NCBI GenBank assembly: GCA_054600435.1
Contig: BAAIJX010000017.1
Location: 310,001 to 374,000 of the forward strand
Origin: Neophaeotheca triangularis
Lineage: Eukaryota
Length of the DNA: 64,000 nt
Direction of reading: 5' to 3'
The notes beneath the pieces are model-generated. The model saw only the letters and a list, made by a program, of their open reading frames with translations. It had not been told where the DNA came from and made no database searches. The translations under genes and the position numbers were made by a program. Shown in pieces: positions 25,801 to 38,677 of this stretch (positions within the stretch are counted from its first letter, which is position 1; every line of letters begins with the position of its first letter).

Positions 25801-26260
25801 CAAGCAGCTTCTTCTCTACGATGCCGGGGAGGGTGGCAGAAACCGCGTGCACTTCGTTGCCGCGGAGGAAAGCCCGCTCGAATTCGTGGACAACAATCTT
25901 AAGCACCTCTTCGGCAGAGGCAGGGTCTTCGCCATCTTCCACCTCCGTAGCAATGAAGCCGAGGTAGCGAGCGACGAGCTCTGTGACGGAGGAAGGCTCC
26001 TCATCAAGCGCAAGCTCTTCGGTGGCCTCCGGTAATGTCGAGACAAAAGCCTCTTTTAGTTGGGTCGCGGTGAAGTGGAGAGCGGTCGGGATGAGGAAGG
26101 TGTATTCGAGGGAGCCGTGGCTCAAGGTAAGAGGACGTGAGACGGCCTGGGAGCGTGGTGTCGAGACACCCGTCTGTGCCCCAGAGCCATACATTTTGCT
26201 GCTGTTTGCCCTTGCGATCGGAGGTCGTGCAGGCTGAGAGGCATCGGTGTTAGTTGCCAT
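19866..26260 (-). CDS. FAS1: Fatty acid synthase beta subunit (intron 20963-21015)
   Basis: AT domain GHSQG, enoyl reductase GGRGGGHHS, dehydratase [14 protein letters not shown] domain FTGQGSQ and AGHSLGEY. Confidence 0.98.
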
Positions 26261-27926
26261 GGTCTCGGTTGCACTTGGATGCTACTAGCAGCTGTGGAGC
26301 ATGTCCCGGGTTGTGTTTCTTCGCTTCTCAAACACCGCAGCTGTTCGGATCGAGGGGACTGCTGCAGGCTGAAAGTGCGAAGGTGAGGGCGGACTACCTT
26401 GGGCAACACTCACAGAATGGTAGGTGAACAGGTGTCGTCGGGAGGATTACGGTAAGGTGTGAGTCGGGTCCAATGGCAGATTTCTGACGAGAGCCGAGAT
26501 TTGCCAAAGCTCCGACTTTGGGAGGGGGGTCGGGAAGGACGGGGCGAGCTTTGGCTGGTGTAACGGCAGTGCTGGTGGATTATTAAATAAGAAAGTAAGC
26601 GTAGGGGGATGGTGTTGTCGCAAGAGAATATGGAGTAGCAGGAGAGAAGAGGGGAATAAGGTCACAACCAAGGCATGTTGCTGATAGATGAGGTGGATGG
26701 TTTGTGGCTAACTAAGGTAGTAGTAGAGAGTTGGCTATCGCGGTGCAATAATGGGAAGGGTTAGGTTGTTGAATTGGAAGATGTTGTTGCTTATGTCCGG
26801 TTGAGACAGCTCGCGGCAGGCTGCAGCCCACCAAGCCCTAATCCCTGCGCACCTCGCGTCTCACGGTAGGTAGGTAGTAGTAGTAGTGGTGTACCTACTA
26901 CTATAAGTGTGTATGTACCTAGGTAGTTAGTCCACCTTGTCCACCTAGGTAGTCAGTAGTCTCAAGACTCGGGTCTGAAGACAAGCCAGGAGAAGCGCTC
27001 GGCGATACTTTGGGGAAGCTGGGAAAGCACCGTTTTTTTCACACATGTATGTCAATGCTTATTGCTTGTCCATCTCCATAAAAATAACTTAATCATAAAA
27101 CTGATAACTTGATGACAGCTGGCATACCTAATTGCTACATAGGTAGCAGACAGAGACAACAACAGCAACGAGAACAACACCTCAAACACTAAGGTAGATA
27201 AGGTAGCAGGGTGCCTGGCTAATCGTCTGTTCAACGAATGCTTGGTACCTGCATTGTTAGTAAAGTAGTAGTATTATAGTAGGCACTCAGTACTCATTAA
27301 CAACGCCTCATCCATTCGTCCTATCTCACCCACCCACGCTCACGGATAGCTCCAGGGCTGCTACTACTACTGTATGAGCTTAAGTCGTCAAGCTGGCCCG
27401 TGACTGGTCAAATCGGTCCCACCAGATTTACCGCGTAAAGCTCGTCTCTTCTGCTAAACGTTAGGTGTCTGCCCGTCTCTGCGGACTCCCGTAGGCAGCT
27501 TCAACTGCACCACGCCAGTCTTGGCTGTCTTCAACTTGCTGCTCACCACCACCTCAACGTCCCAGGCCTCTGATACCTCTGATACCGCTGCAGCTCACCA
27601 ACTCCCTCTTGCAGCTGTTCGGCTAGACCAGGCTGCTACTGCTGGTGCCTACCTATCCCTCTTCTTCACTACTACAACTCCTCTCCCTCCCCGAAACATT
27701 CCCCTCCTCCCGCGACAACAACTCTGCCAGAGCTTCCCGCTACTGCTCGGCTTCTTCAAACTTCTTCCGACACAAACAACACCCGACCCCTCACACTCAC
27801 AAGCCTCTCAGCCTCAAACAACGCCAGGTGCTATACCATTGACCCCCCCGGACTCTCAGAAACCCTCGTTTAGCTTCCTGTAGAAGCCATTGGCCGTTCC
27901 ATTGGGCATCTCTGCCCGCCGACAAG
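26261..27926. promoter_or_regulatory. Shared divergent promoter/5'UTR region of FAS1 and FAS2
   Basis: Head-to-head start codons 1.67 kb apart, the usual arrangement of primary FAS genes in filamentous ascomycetes. Confidence 0.75.
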
Positions 27927-30900
27927 ATGCGTCCCGAAGTCGAGCAAGAGCTCGCCCACACCCTCCTAGTCGAACTCCTGGCATACCAATTCGCCTCGCC
28001 AGTCAGATGGATCGAGACTCAGGATGTGATCCTCGGCGAGAAGATCACCGAGCGCATTGTGGAAGTTGGACCGGCAGACACCCTAGGTGTCATGGCCAAG
28101 CGGACCTTGGCCTCCAAGTACGAAGCATATGACGCCGCGCGATCAGTCCAACGGCAGATCCTTTGCTACAACAAGGACGCCAAGGACATCTACTACGATG
28201 TCGACCCGATCGAAGAGGAGGTCGCCGCGCCGGCCCCTAGTGGTGAAGCTGCGCCTGCACAATCCGGTTCTGCTCCAGCGCCGGCTGCTGCCCCTGCTGC
28301 AGCAGCTGCCCCGGCACCTAGTGCGGGCCCAGCAGCAGCGGTGGAAGATGCACCCGTGGGTGCTGTAGATATCCTGAGGACCTTGGTTGCGCAGAAATTG
28401 AAGAAGCCGCTGACGGATGTCCCCTTGAGCAAGGCCATCAAGGACTTGGTTGGAGGTAAGTACGTCACACGCGCATGTCGAATGCGCAATGCAAGCTAAT
28501 CGCTTTCCAGGCAAATCTACGCTGCAAAACGAAATCCTCGGAGACCTTGGAAAAGAGTTTGGGTCCACACCAGAGAAGCCGGAAGACACACCTTTGGACG
28601 AGCTAGGAGCTTCGATGCAGGCTACCTTCAACGGCCAGCTCGGAAAGCAGTCGTCCTCCCTGATTGCACGTATGGTCTCATCGAAAATGCCTGGTGGCTT
28701 CAACATGTCAGCCGTTCGCAAGCATCTGGAAACAAGATGGGGACTGGGCCCCGGCAGGCAAGATGGCGTGTTACTCCTTGGTCTTACTATGGAACCAGCT
28801 GCACGTTTGGGATCCGAGAACGACGGAAAGGCATGGCTAGACGACACGGCGCAAAAGTACGCCTCAAATGCAGGCATCAGCCTTTCCACAGGCCCGGCAG
28901 CAGGAGAAGGCGGTGCCGGCGGCGGTGGTATGATGATGGATCCAGCCGCTCTCGACGCACTCACCAAGGACCAAAGACAGCTCTTCAAGCAGCAACTCGA
29001 GCTGTTTGCTCGCTACCTCAAGATGGATCTACGAGCTGGAGACAAGGCCGCCTTCGCCGGAAAGAAGAATGAAACCGCTCTGCAAGCTCAACTCGACCTT
29101 TGGAACACTGAGCACGGTGAATTCTACGCCGCTGGCATCGAGCCATCTTTCAGCCCGCTCAAAGCACGCGTTTACGATTCTTCCTGGAACTGGGCTCGCC
29201 AGGACGCCCTCACCATGTACTACGACATAATTTTTGGCCGACTGAAGGCTATTGACCGAGAAATCGTCAGCCGTTGCATCCTCATCATGAACCGCGCAAA
29301 CCCTCTGCTGCTTGACTTTATGCAGTACCATATCGATCACTGCCCTACTGAGCGTGGAGAGACTTACCAACTCGCCAAGATGCTGGGAGAGCAACTCATT
29401 GATAACTGTAGGGACGTGCTCGATGAATCTCCCGTCTACAAGGATGTCGGCCTCCCAACCGCACCATCTGTCACCCTCGACGCTCGTGGAAACATGGACT
29501 ACGAGGAGGTCCCACGTACGAGCGTCCGCAAGCTCGAGCATTACGTGCGCGAGATGGCAGAAGGCGGCAAGATCTCCGAGTATGGCAACCGTACCAAGGT
29601 GCAGAATGACCTGCAGAGTGTCTACAAGCTTATTCGCAAGCAACACAAGCTTTCCAAGTCATCGCAGCTGCAGATTAAGCAACTTTACAGCAACATCGTG
29701 CGATCGCTGTCAATGAACGAGGGTCAGATTATGCCTTCTGAAAACGGAAATGCCAAGAAGGGTCGTGCCGGCCCCAGGGTGAATGGACAGATCAAGCAAG
29801 GCAAGGTCGAGACTGTACCTTTCCTGCACTTGAAGCGCAAGGAAGAGCATGGCTGGGAATACAGCAAGAAGCTCACCGGCATCTACCTTGATGGCTTAGA
29901 GCAAGCTGCCAGAGCCGGTGTGACCTTCCAGGGCAAGAACGCTTTGATGACTGGTGCTGGCGCCGGATCCATCGGTGCCGAGGTGCTCCAAGGTCTCATC
30001 TCCGGCGGTGCCAAGGTGGTTGTCACTACTTCGCGCTTCTCGCGGCAGGTCACCGAGTACTACCAGAGCATGTACGCCCGCTACGGTGCTCGTGGCTCTC
30101 AACTTGTCGTCGTGCCTTTCAACCAAGGGTCTCAACAAGACGTACAGGCCTTGATCGACTACATTTACGACGACAAGAATGGTCTTGGATGGGATCTCGA
30201 TTACATTGTCCCATTCGCCGCCATCCCGGAAAATGGCCGCGAGATCGACAACATTGATAGCAAGTCAGAGCTCGCTCACCGTATTATGCTTACCAATGTG
30301 CTGCGCATGCTTGGCGCCGTCAAGGCACAAAAGTTCGAGCGTGGCTTCGAGACACGTCCAGCCCAAGTTATACTCCCTCTCTCACCGAACCATGGCACTT
30401 TCGGCAACGATGGTCTCTATGCGGAATCGAAGCTGGCTCTCGAGACTTTGTTCAACAGGTGGCACTCCGAAAGCTGGGGCAACTTCCTCACTATCTGCGG
30501 TGCTGTCATTGGCTGGACTCGTGGAACTGGTCTCATGGGCGGCAACAACATTGTCGCCGAGGGCGTGGAGAAGTATGGTGTCCGCACCTTCTCCCAGCAA
30601 GAAATGGCCTTCAACCTTCTCGGCCTCATGGCTCCGTCGATTGTCAACCTGTGCCAACAGGAGCCTGTCTTCGCCGACTTGAACGGTGGTCTTCAGTTCC
30701 TGCCAAACCTCAAGGACCTCATGACTAAGTTGCGCAAGGACATTACCGAGACAGCCGAGATCCGCAAGGCCGTTAGCAGGGAGAATGCAGTCGAAAACAA
30801 GATCGTCAATGGCGAAGAAAGCGAGGCGCTCTACAAGACTGTCAAGGTTGATAAGCGCGCCAACTTGAAGTTCGACTTCCCCAAGCTGCCTGACTGGAAG

Positions 30901-33612
30901 TCGGAGATCGAGCCGCTCAACACAGACCTCAAGGGTATGGTCGACTTGGAGAAGGTCGTCGTCGTTACAGGGTTCGCTGAGGTTGGTCCATGGGGTAACT
31001 CCAGGACTCGATGGGAGATGGAAGCCTACGGCCAGTTCTCGCTTGAAGGCTGCGTTGAGATGGCATGGGTTATGGGTCTCATCAGAAACCACAACGGTCC
31101 CTTGAAAGGCAAGAGCTACTCCGGATGGGTTGACGCGAAGACTGGAGACCCTGTGGAGGACAAAGACGTCAAAGCCAAGTACGAGACACACATCTTGGAG
31201 CACTCCGGTATCCGCCTCATCGAGCCTGAGCTCTTCAACGGGTACGACCCCAACAAGAAGCAGCTCCTGCAAGAGATTCAGCTCGAGGAGGACTTGGACC
31301 CATTCGAAGCTTCCAAGGAGACTGCCGACGAGTTCAAGCGCGAGCACGGCGAGAAGGTCGAGACCTTCGAGCTGGAGTCTGGCGAGTGGCAAGTCCGCCT
31401 CAAGAAGAACGCAACGCTCCTGATTCCGAAGGCGCTGCGCTTCGACCGCCTAGTTGCTGGTCAAGTCCCCACCGGTTGGGACGCGAAGCGTTACGGTGTG
31501 CCCGACGACATCATTGAGCAAGTCGATCCCGTTACTCTCTACGTCCTCGTTTCGACGGCCGAGGCTCTCCTGTCTTCCGGTATCACCGACCCTTACGAGT
31601 TCTACCAGTACGTCCATATCTCTCAAGTTGGCAACTGCATTGGTTCCGGTATTGGTGGCACTACTGCTCTCCGAGGTATGTACAAGGACCGCTTCTTGGA
31701 CAAACCTCTGCAGAAGGACATTTTGCAAGAGTCCTTCATCAACACTATGAGTGCCTGGGTCAACATGTTGCTGCTCTCCTCGACGGGTCCAATCAAGACC
31801 CCTGTTGGTGCTTGTGCAACTGCTGTCGAGTCTATCGACATCGGTTACGACACCATTGTCGAAGGCAAGGCTCGCATGTGTTTCGTCGGTGGTTTCGACG
31901 ATTTCCAGGAAGAAGGCTCTTACGAGTTCGCCAACATGAAGGCCACCAGCAATGCCGAGGACGAGTTTGCGCACGGCCGCACGCCGAAGGAGATGTCTCG
32001 ACCAACCACCACGACCCGTAACGGCTTCATGGAATCCCAGGGCTGTGGTATGCAGGTCATCATGGACGCCCAGCTGGCTCTCGATATGGGTGTACCCATC
32101 TACGGTGTTTTGGGTTTCACGGCCACTGCGACAGACAAGATCGGCCGCTCGGTACCCGCACCAGGCCAGGGTGTGCTGACCACTGCCCGCGAGCAGCCCG
32201 GCAAGTTCCCCTCGCCACTTCTTGACATCAAGTACAGGAAGAGGCAAATGGAACTGCGCCGCAAGCAGATCAGAACCTGGCAAGAGTCCGAGCTCATGTA
32301 CTTGCAAGAAGAAGCTGCCGCTATGAAATCTCAAACAGAAGACTTCAGCGAGACCGAGTTCATGGAAGACCGTGCGGCTCACATTGAGCGTGAGGCAAAG
32401 AGGCAGGAGAAGGATGCGCTCTACAGCTTGGGCAACAACTTCTGGAAGCAAGACCCTCGCATCGCTCCCCTTCGTGGTGCTCTCGCTACCTGGGGCCTTA
32501 CCATTGACGATCTAGATGTCGCTTCCTTCCACGGCACTTCCACTGTTGCAAATGACAAGAATGAGTCCGATGTCATCTGCCAGCAGATGAAGCACCTTGG
32601 CCGTAAGAAGGGCAACGCCCTAATGGGTATCTTCCAGAAATACCTTACCGGTCACCCGAAGGGTGCTGCCGGTGCCTGGATGTTCAACGGCTGCCTGCAA
32701 GTCCTCAACTCCGGTCTCGTGCCGGGCAACAGGAACGCCGACAACGTCGACAAGATCATGGAGAAGTTTGACTACATTGTCTACCCATCTGAGAGCATTC
32801 AGACCGACGGCGTCAAAGCCTTCTCTGTCACCTCCTTCGGCTTCGGTCAAAAGGGCGCCCAAGCAATCGGTATCCACCCCAAGTACCTCTTCGCTACCCT
32901 CGACGCCGCGCAATTCCAGACCTACAAACAAAAGGTCGAATCCCGCCAAAGGAAAGCTTACAGGTACTACCACGACGGCCTCATCAACAACACCATGTTC
33001 CGCGCCAAGGACCAATCGCCCTACGAAGACTCGCAACAGAGCCAGGTGTTCCTGAACCCCGACGCGCGCGTCACCATGGACGCCAAGAGCTCCAAACTAC
33101 AGTACCCGACGGTCGCGCCTAAGAAAACACAAGACAAGAGCACGACGGAGATGGTCGAGTCGCTGATGAAAGTCAACGCTTCCAAGAACTCCAACCCGGG
33201 CGTTGACATCGAGAGCATCGACGCCCTCGACATCCACAACGACACTTTCATCGAGCGCAATTTCACCGCGGGTGAAATCGCCTATTGCCGCAAGGCGCCC
33301 AGCCCGCAAGCTAGCTTCACGGGCAAGTGGAGCGCCAAGGAGGCAGTTTTCAAGAGTCTGAAGAGCGAGGGCAAGGGCGCCGGTGCCCCACTGAAGGACA
33401 TCGAGATTGTTAATGATGAGAACGGCGCGCCGAATGTTTCGGTAAGTTAATGCCCCGGTCTGGACAACATCACGCACTTTTACTAATCTTTTTCCGTACA
33501 GCTCTACGGCGACGCCAAGGCGGCGGCCGACAAGGCCGGTGTCAAGAGCACCACAGTTAGCATCAGCCACTCGGACGCCCAGGTCATTGCTGTGGCGATT
33601 TCCTCATTCTAA
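27927..33612 (+). CDS. FAS2: Fatty acid synthase alpha subunit (introns 28456-28510 and 33442-33501)
   Basis: [60 protein letters not shown]-terminal PPT GVDIE..WSAKEA..SISHSD. Confidence 0.98.
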
Positions 33613-34257
33613 GAAGTGGCGAATTTGGTTGGATGGTGGAGTCTTGTAAATTTATTATTCGTGTAGTGTACAGTGGCGCGAAGTGCTTTTTGCTCTATGC
33701 TTTGAAGCTTCTAGTGGATGACCACTCGCTTTTGGGTGTAATTGCGAGGGTTTTCTTTTGCTGGGCTGGAGATAGAGCTCTTCTATACGCTTTGTAGTTG
33801 TTTCCGCTGTTCAAGAGTAGTTTTTTTTTTTTTTTTGCCTCTGTGCTGTCTGTGAGTGTGCTAACGACAAGGGGTTACCTTGCACCGTGAATAGAAGGCC
33901 TCGCTGTCATAGTCGTTAAAGAGCTTCTTAACACTGCGAGTGAGGTTTCTTTGGCTGTTGCCGCGGTTTCTGCTTCGATCTCCAGGTAGGCTTCAGTACT
34001 CGAAATTACTTCTTGTCAATTCTCAGTAGAAATGGGCCGACGCCGCCTGACTGGGTTTAATTCCCAGTCGGATCAAAATGCGACGATTCAGCCCAGCATT
34101 AGCTGCTGCAGAGATAAGCCAATCATCAGCGAGCCGCAGTTTTACCTGTGCGGCGGCCAGACTTCACCTCCGTGAATATAGTGTAGACACCACCCACTAT
34201 CAACCTTACAGTTCTTCAGTCACTCACTCCGACGCTGAAAGGAACAAATAAAACACA

Positions 34258-35512
34258 ATGCGCCGAGTACCGCGCGCCGAGCAGGCGCTGCGACTCGCCA
34301 ACAGCCAAACTCCCACAACCTACATCTGCCACACCTGCCGCGCCCAACTCCAAACCCCATCACGACGAGCCTTCTCCAGCACCCGCCTGCTAGCTGCGGA
34401 TGAAAAGGTCCCTTTTTACAAACGCATCCAGCAGACGCTCTTCGGCCGGGACGAGAAAGTCGACCAGCAGCAAATGCGCGAGGACAAACGCCGGGCGAGA
34501 GCCGAGGAGCAGGCTGCGCAGCGAGAGCGGGATCTGGCCCGGGTGGTCGTTGATCGCAAGACTGGGAAGGAGTATCTGGTTGCCGATGTTGTGGATGCCG
34601 AGGTCAATAAGCAGTATGTTGCGACGCAGGATTGGAGGGAGATGGATCGTGTTGGCAGTGAGGAGTGGGTGAAGCGGAGAGCGGATTCGGGGGAGGAGTT
34701 TGTTGGGTAAGTGATACAGTTTGGGATTGCTGTTGGAGCTGTGGTTACTGATGTGGTTCCTTTGCAGTTTTTCGGCTCCGGTGAAGGCCAAGGCTCAGCT
34801 GAGCTATCAGGAGTGGCTGAGGCTTTTGCATCACGTTACTGTTGAGGTGCTCGCGCTGTACAAGGCCAGGAGAGACGTGAACCAAGTTTGCAACTTCCGA
34901 ACGTCTGACGCTCGTCCGTGGGAGCAAACGATTACTACTACCATCGATGTCCGAGCCGATGGCACTGGCGTGGCCCTTAGGTTCCCTTCGCCTGAGGATG
35001 AGCAGACCATCTTGAGCGCCATATCCCAGCAGCCTCCGGAAGAAGAGGCCGCGCAAGACGCAGAAGCCCTCGAACGTCTTTGGGATGTTCAGCAAGCCGA
35101 GTTCCAAGGCATTCTTTCCACGGGCGGAGACACCGTCACCGGGAGAGAAATGGTAGAGAAATGGCTCGCACTCCCCCTAACAGCGGCCCCGGAAATCAAA
35201 TATGCAATTATGAAGCGCATCATCCAAGTTACCGGCCACCGCCCCTTCGAACCGGCCCTCTCCTCAGCCCTCAGTCTCGGAGACTTGCTGCACGCTTTCC
35301 GCGCGCTCCCGAAACCTAAGAAGCTGGCGCAAAGGAAGGAAATGGTGAGCTTGGGCAAGGAGAGCGGGAACGTGCAAGTCCATAGCAACAGGCGTACGCC
35401 GATACATCGGGAGAAGGAGGTGGGAAGGTGGAAGGTTATTGAGAGGGCATTGATTGAAAGGGATTTGCCTGTTACTGGGAGCCGTTGGCCTAGTAGCAAG
35501 CTCTCGCAATAA
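34258..35512 (+). CDS. Mitochondrial large-subunit ribosomal protein mL50 family (intron 34707-34767)
   Basis: Arg-rich presequence ending RRAFSST; C-terminal KYAIMKRIIQVTGH..PKPKKLA..RRTPIHREKEVGRWKVIE..L..RDLPV. Confidence 0.75.
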
Positions 35513-35821
35513 AGGTCGGGTTGTTGGTGTGCTGGCTAGACGGGCTGGAGCAGTGGGCCGTGAATGTGTAAGAACAGGTACTTCTTGTATCATATCTGTA
35601 TTGCTACTGAGTTGCTCTAGAGTGAGCAGTCATTGTTCCGGTTTGTTGCCGCGTTTCTCCTTACTTTTAAACACCCCTTTTTCCCCTCTCTTCCCTCCAT
35701 ATTTTGCCTATTCATCATATCTTACCTCCAGCTCTTCACTCATTTTCAAAAAACCTCGATATCCATACCTCCTACACTGGTTCTCTCCTCGACACTCTTA
35801 CCCCTGAGCCATCCCATCGAG

Positions 35822-36172
35822 ATGAAGCTCCCACCCACCGCGTCATTCCTTGCCACTCTTCTCCTGACCACTACATCCGCCACTCCGATCGCTCAACACT
35901 TCGGCGCCCCCTTGAAAATTCCAACGTCGACGACCCACAACGCCGCCGGCACTAGCACGATAGGCGACCTAGTTTCCACCAACAATAGCCTTACCCTCTC
36001 CGAAAAAGCCGTCGATCACGGCGACTGCACCAACCACTGGTGCGGCGAGGGCACGGGCCCGGATACCGTTCCCCAGCCAGGGGGCGGGGGGTTAGTTGGG
36101 AAAGATTTGTCGGTGGTGACTGTGGTGGTGCTGGGACTGGCTTTTGGGCTGGCGGGAGCGCTTGTTGTTTAG
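35822..36172 (+). CDS. Small secreted, putatively GPI-anchored protein (116 aa, 2 Cys)
   Basis: Signal peptide MKLPPTASFLATLLLTTTSA-TP, Thr-rich stretch, CTNHWC, hydrophobic C-terminus with no cytosolic tail. Confidence 0.7.
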   Translation: MKLPPTASFLATLLLTTTSATPIAQHFGAPLKIPTSTTHNAAGTSTIGDLVSTNNSLTLSEKAVDHGDCTNHWCGEGTGPDTVPQPGGGGLVGKDLSVVTVVVLGLAFGLAGALVV

Positions 36173-36884
36173 AATGTTGTTGTTTATTTGAATTCTGATA
36201 GGCAGTTGTTTATGAGGGGCAGTAGGTAGAAGGGCACAAGATGGAAGCTGGGTTTGCTGGTAGCTGCGTGGTAGGGGGGCTTCGGGCGTGCTGTGAGCCT
36301 CTGGTGAGAGAAAGGTACGGTTGTGCTGAGGTGGGCGTTTGGGTGGTTGCTTGGGTGTTGAGGGTCTTGTTTGGGGGCTTCTGTGGGAGTTTCTTCACTG
36401 GGGTGGAAGGGAAAGTTCATATGCTTAGGTACTAAGTGAATATCGGGGCTTGGTATATGAGCTCATGAGGGAGGACGTTAGCGTCGTGCTGAGGTAGGCG
36501 GGTGTATGCGTGACGGATGGATGAAGATTCTGAGTGAGGAGCGTTTGCGGGAGATTCTTCACTGGGTTGGATGGGAATGGTCGTCTACTCGGTTTGGGGT
36601 ATATATTCTGTTGTATTCTCACTAGGAACGCATGGACCTTGTCTAGTATGAAGTAGGTAGATTGCTCCAAAGTTCTCTGCCTACAACAGGCTTCCCTTAC
36701 TTCCTTCACAACCTCAATCTCTATTGCTCCAGGCTTAGCTATCTTGCCGTCGACCTCACAATATATTCAGCATATATTCAATCTGAGCATCAAGGTATGG
36801 CATTCCAGCCTATCCCATTCTCCCAAGCACCCGCACTCACCGCACAAGAAACCATCATCCTCAACCGCCAATTCTACGAAAGCC

Positions 36885-37718
36885 ATGCAGAAGTTGAAGA
36901 TGCTCACGTTCCATCTCATTGGGGCTTTCCTCGCCGTAACCACGTCTTCTGCCGCCGCTTCCACGGAACCCAAAATCCTCATCAATGCACCAACCCCTGC
37001 GATTCTCGAGCTGGCCAACACTGCCCAGGTCGCCCTTGCTCACTCCACCACCGGGACAGCAATCTTCGCCACCACCTACCCCATCAGTGAGCGCGACCCT
37101 GGAATTGGGGAGTGTGTGCGCATCTGCAACGCCATGGGTCCTCGCGGCAGGTGTGTGGGCCCGAAGAAGTGCATTCAGGACGGCGTCGTCTATCTCTTGA
37201 AGAACAAGCCGGATGCCACGATCAAGATCCGCGAGGCCAAGTGCAAACCTATCTGCGAGTCCTTCGGCCCAGACGGCGTGTGCGTCAGACAATACCATGG
37301 AAAGTGCATCGAGAACGGCGTCGTCTATGATGTCGAGGACGCGCCGGCGAAGAAGAACAAAGCTCTCTTGGTCCGCGACTTGGATTGCGCTACTGTCTGC
37401 GAGGCAATCGGACCTAGTGGCGAGTGCTTGGGCTTGAAGAGATGCGAGATGGATGGTACGCTCTATGATGTTGAGGGTGAGTCGGCTACCGAATCCGTTG
37501 GTGTTCAAAAGGCTACATGCACTCCGGTTTGCATTTCTATGAATCGCGATGGAAAGTGTGAAGAGCTCCAGGGCTGCGGGTACTCGGTCAAAGCAGTGAC
37601 GATGCCAGGGCAGAACGATGGCACATCTATGGTGCGTGGCACTGGTGTTCACGCGGCGAGAGCTGCGGTGGTTTTGGTGGCTGGAGCTCTTCTAGGTGCC
37701 GGCATGGTAGTGTACTAG
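36885..37718 (+). CDS. Secreted Cys-rich four-repeat protein with GPI-like tail (277 aa)
   Basis: Signal peptide, four modules of about 27 aa (CxxxC..GP.G.C.....C..DG..Y), hydrophobic C-terminus. Confidence 0.85.
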   Translation: MQKLKMLTFHLIGAFLAVTTSSAAASTEPKILINAPTPAILELANTAQVALAHSTTGTAIFATTYPISERDPGIGECVRICNAMGPRGRCVGPKKCIQDGVVYLLKNKPDATIKIREAKCKPICESFGPDGVCVRQYHGKCIENGVVYDVEDAPAKKNKALLVRDLDCATVCEAIGPSGECLGLKRCEMDGTLYDVEGESATESVGVQKATCTPVCISMNRDGKCEELQGCGYSVKAVTMPGQNDGTSMVRGTGVHAARAAVVLVAGALLGAGMVVY

Positions 37719-38258
37719 GGGCATCAGTGGAGGACACCAAATGCAGTCGACGTGCCCTCAGCGGGCTGCCGGGGGCGAACGACCACAGCGGCAGGATGCT
37801 CTCGAGACGACACTTTCACTTCTTCGGTGGTGAATCTTGAAGCTTGTGACAAACCAGGACCAATCCTTGGGATCATTCAGGAGTAGATACACTTGAACTT
37901 GCTCCCCCCTTTACCATTCCATTGGCTTGTGTCAATGTCTCCGTCTGCAGTTTCAGCAAAGATTGGCATCGATTATCCTCTGATGGTACATGTGATGAGA
38001 AAGACGTGATTTCTGCGACTTAACTTTGGCCACTTGACGGTGACCTGACACAGTGAATTGTCAGGCCTAAATGAGCTCCCTCAGTAGCAGACCATGTCGT
38101 GATTGCTCTGGTGTAATCATCCGCCCAGTGAAGTGAAAAAAATCGCCAAGCTCACCTCCCATCTCCCAGCTCACCAAAACAACCCAAACAACATATACAA
38201 CATTTGCAGAAGGATTTGTAAGCTTTGGCTCCAAACTTCGGTGACCGGATTGAAAAAA

Positions 38259-38356
38259 CACGAGGTAGTTGGGAGGGGTCGGGGTTAAGCCGTCAAGCGC
38301 TTCCTCATGGTTAGCTGCCTCAAGTTTCGGCGTGGGTTCGATCCCTCACGTCGTCA
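38259..38356 (+). pseudogene. Possible degenerate Leu/Ser-type tRNA relic
   Basis: ACGAGGT..GGTTAAG(C)CG..GGCGTGGGTTCGATCCCTCAC-GTCGTCA has B-box/T-arm and acceptor-like ends, but no clean cloverleaf. Confidence 0.3.
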
Positions 38357-38677
38357 CTGGATAAGTAAAACCAGCCTATCTATTAGGTGCATTTAAATGG
38401 TATTTCTCCCTCAGTACTTAACGGGAAAGGAGGGTTCTTTTTGCTATTTTTGAGGTCGGTGACAGTTGACTGGACATGGAAATAGGAAAGGGCATTCTTT
38501 TTGCACTTTCAGGGTCGTTGAGTATTGACCATGGAAAACACCTCTTTACTTGCCTTCACCTTGACAGTCTTTCGATACCTACGGTTCTAGCCCTCGTTCT
38601 GACTAGGAAATCATTTCACGCTTGCCACTTCGACAACAGAACTACAGATCACCTGCCAAACGCAACACCAAGTCGGG

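Noticed and set aside
21749..32451. Long antisense ORFs (300+ aa) opposite FAS1 and FAS2
   Set aside because: Expected shadow ORFs from strong codon bias
19866..33612. FAS pair as part of a secondary-metabolite cluster (aflatoxin/dothistromin-type hexanoate synthase)
   Set aside because: The sequences look like the highly conserved primary FAS, and no PKS, NRPS or tailoring genes are adjacent
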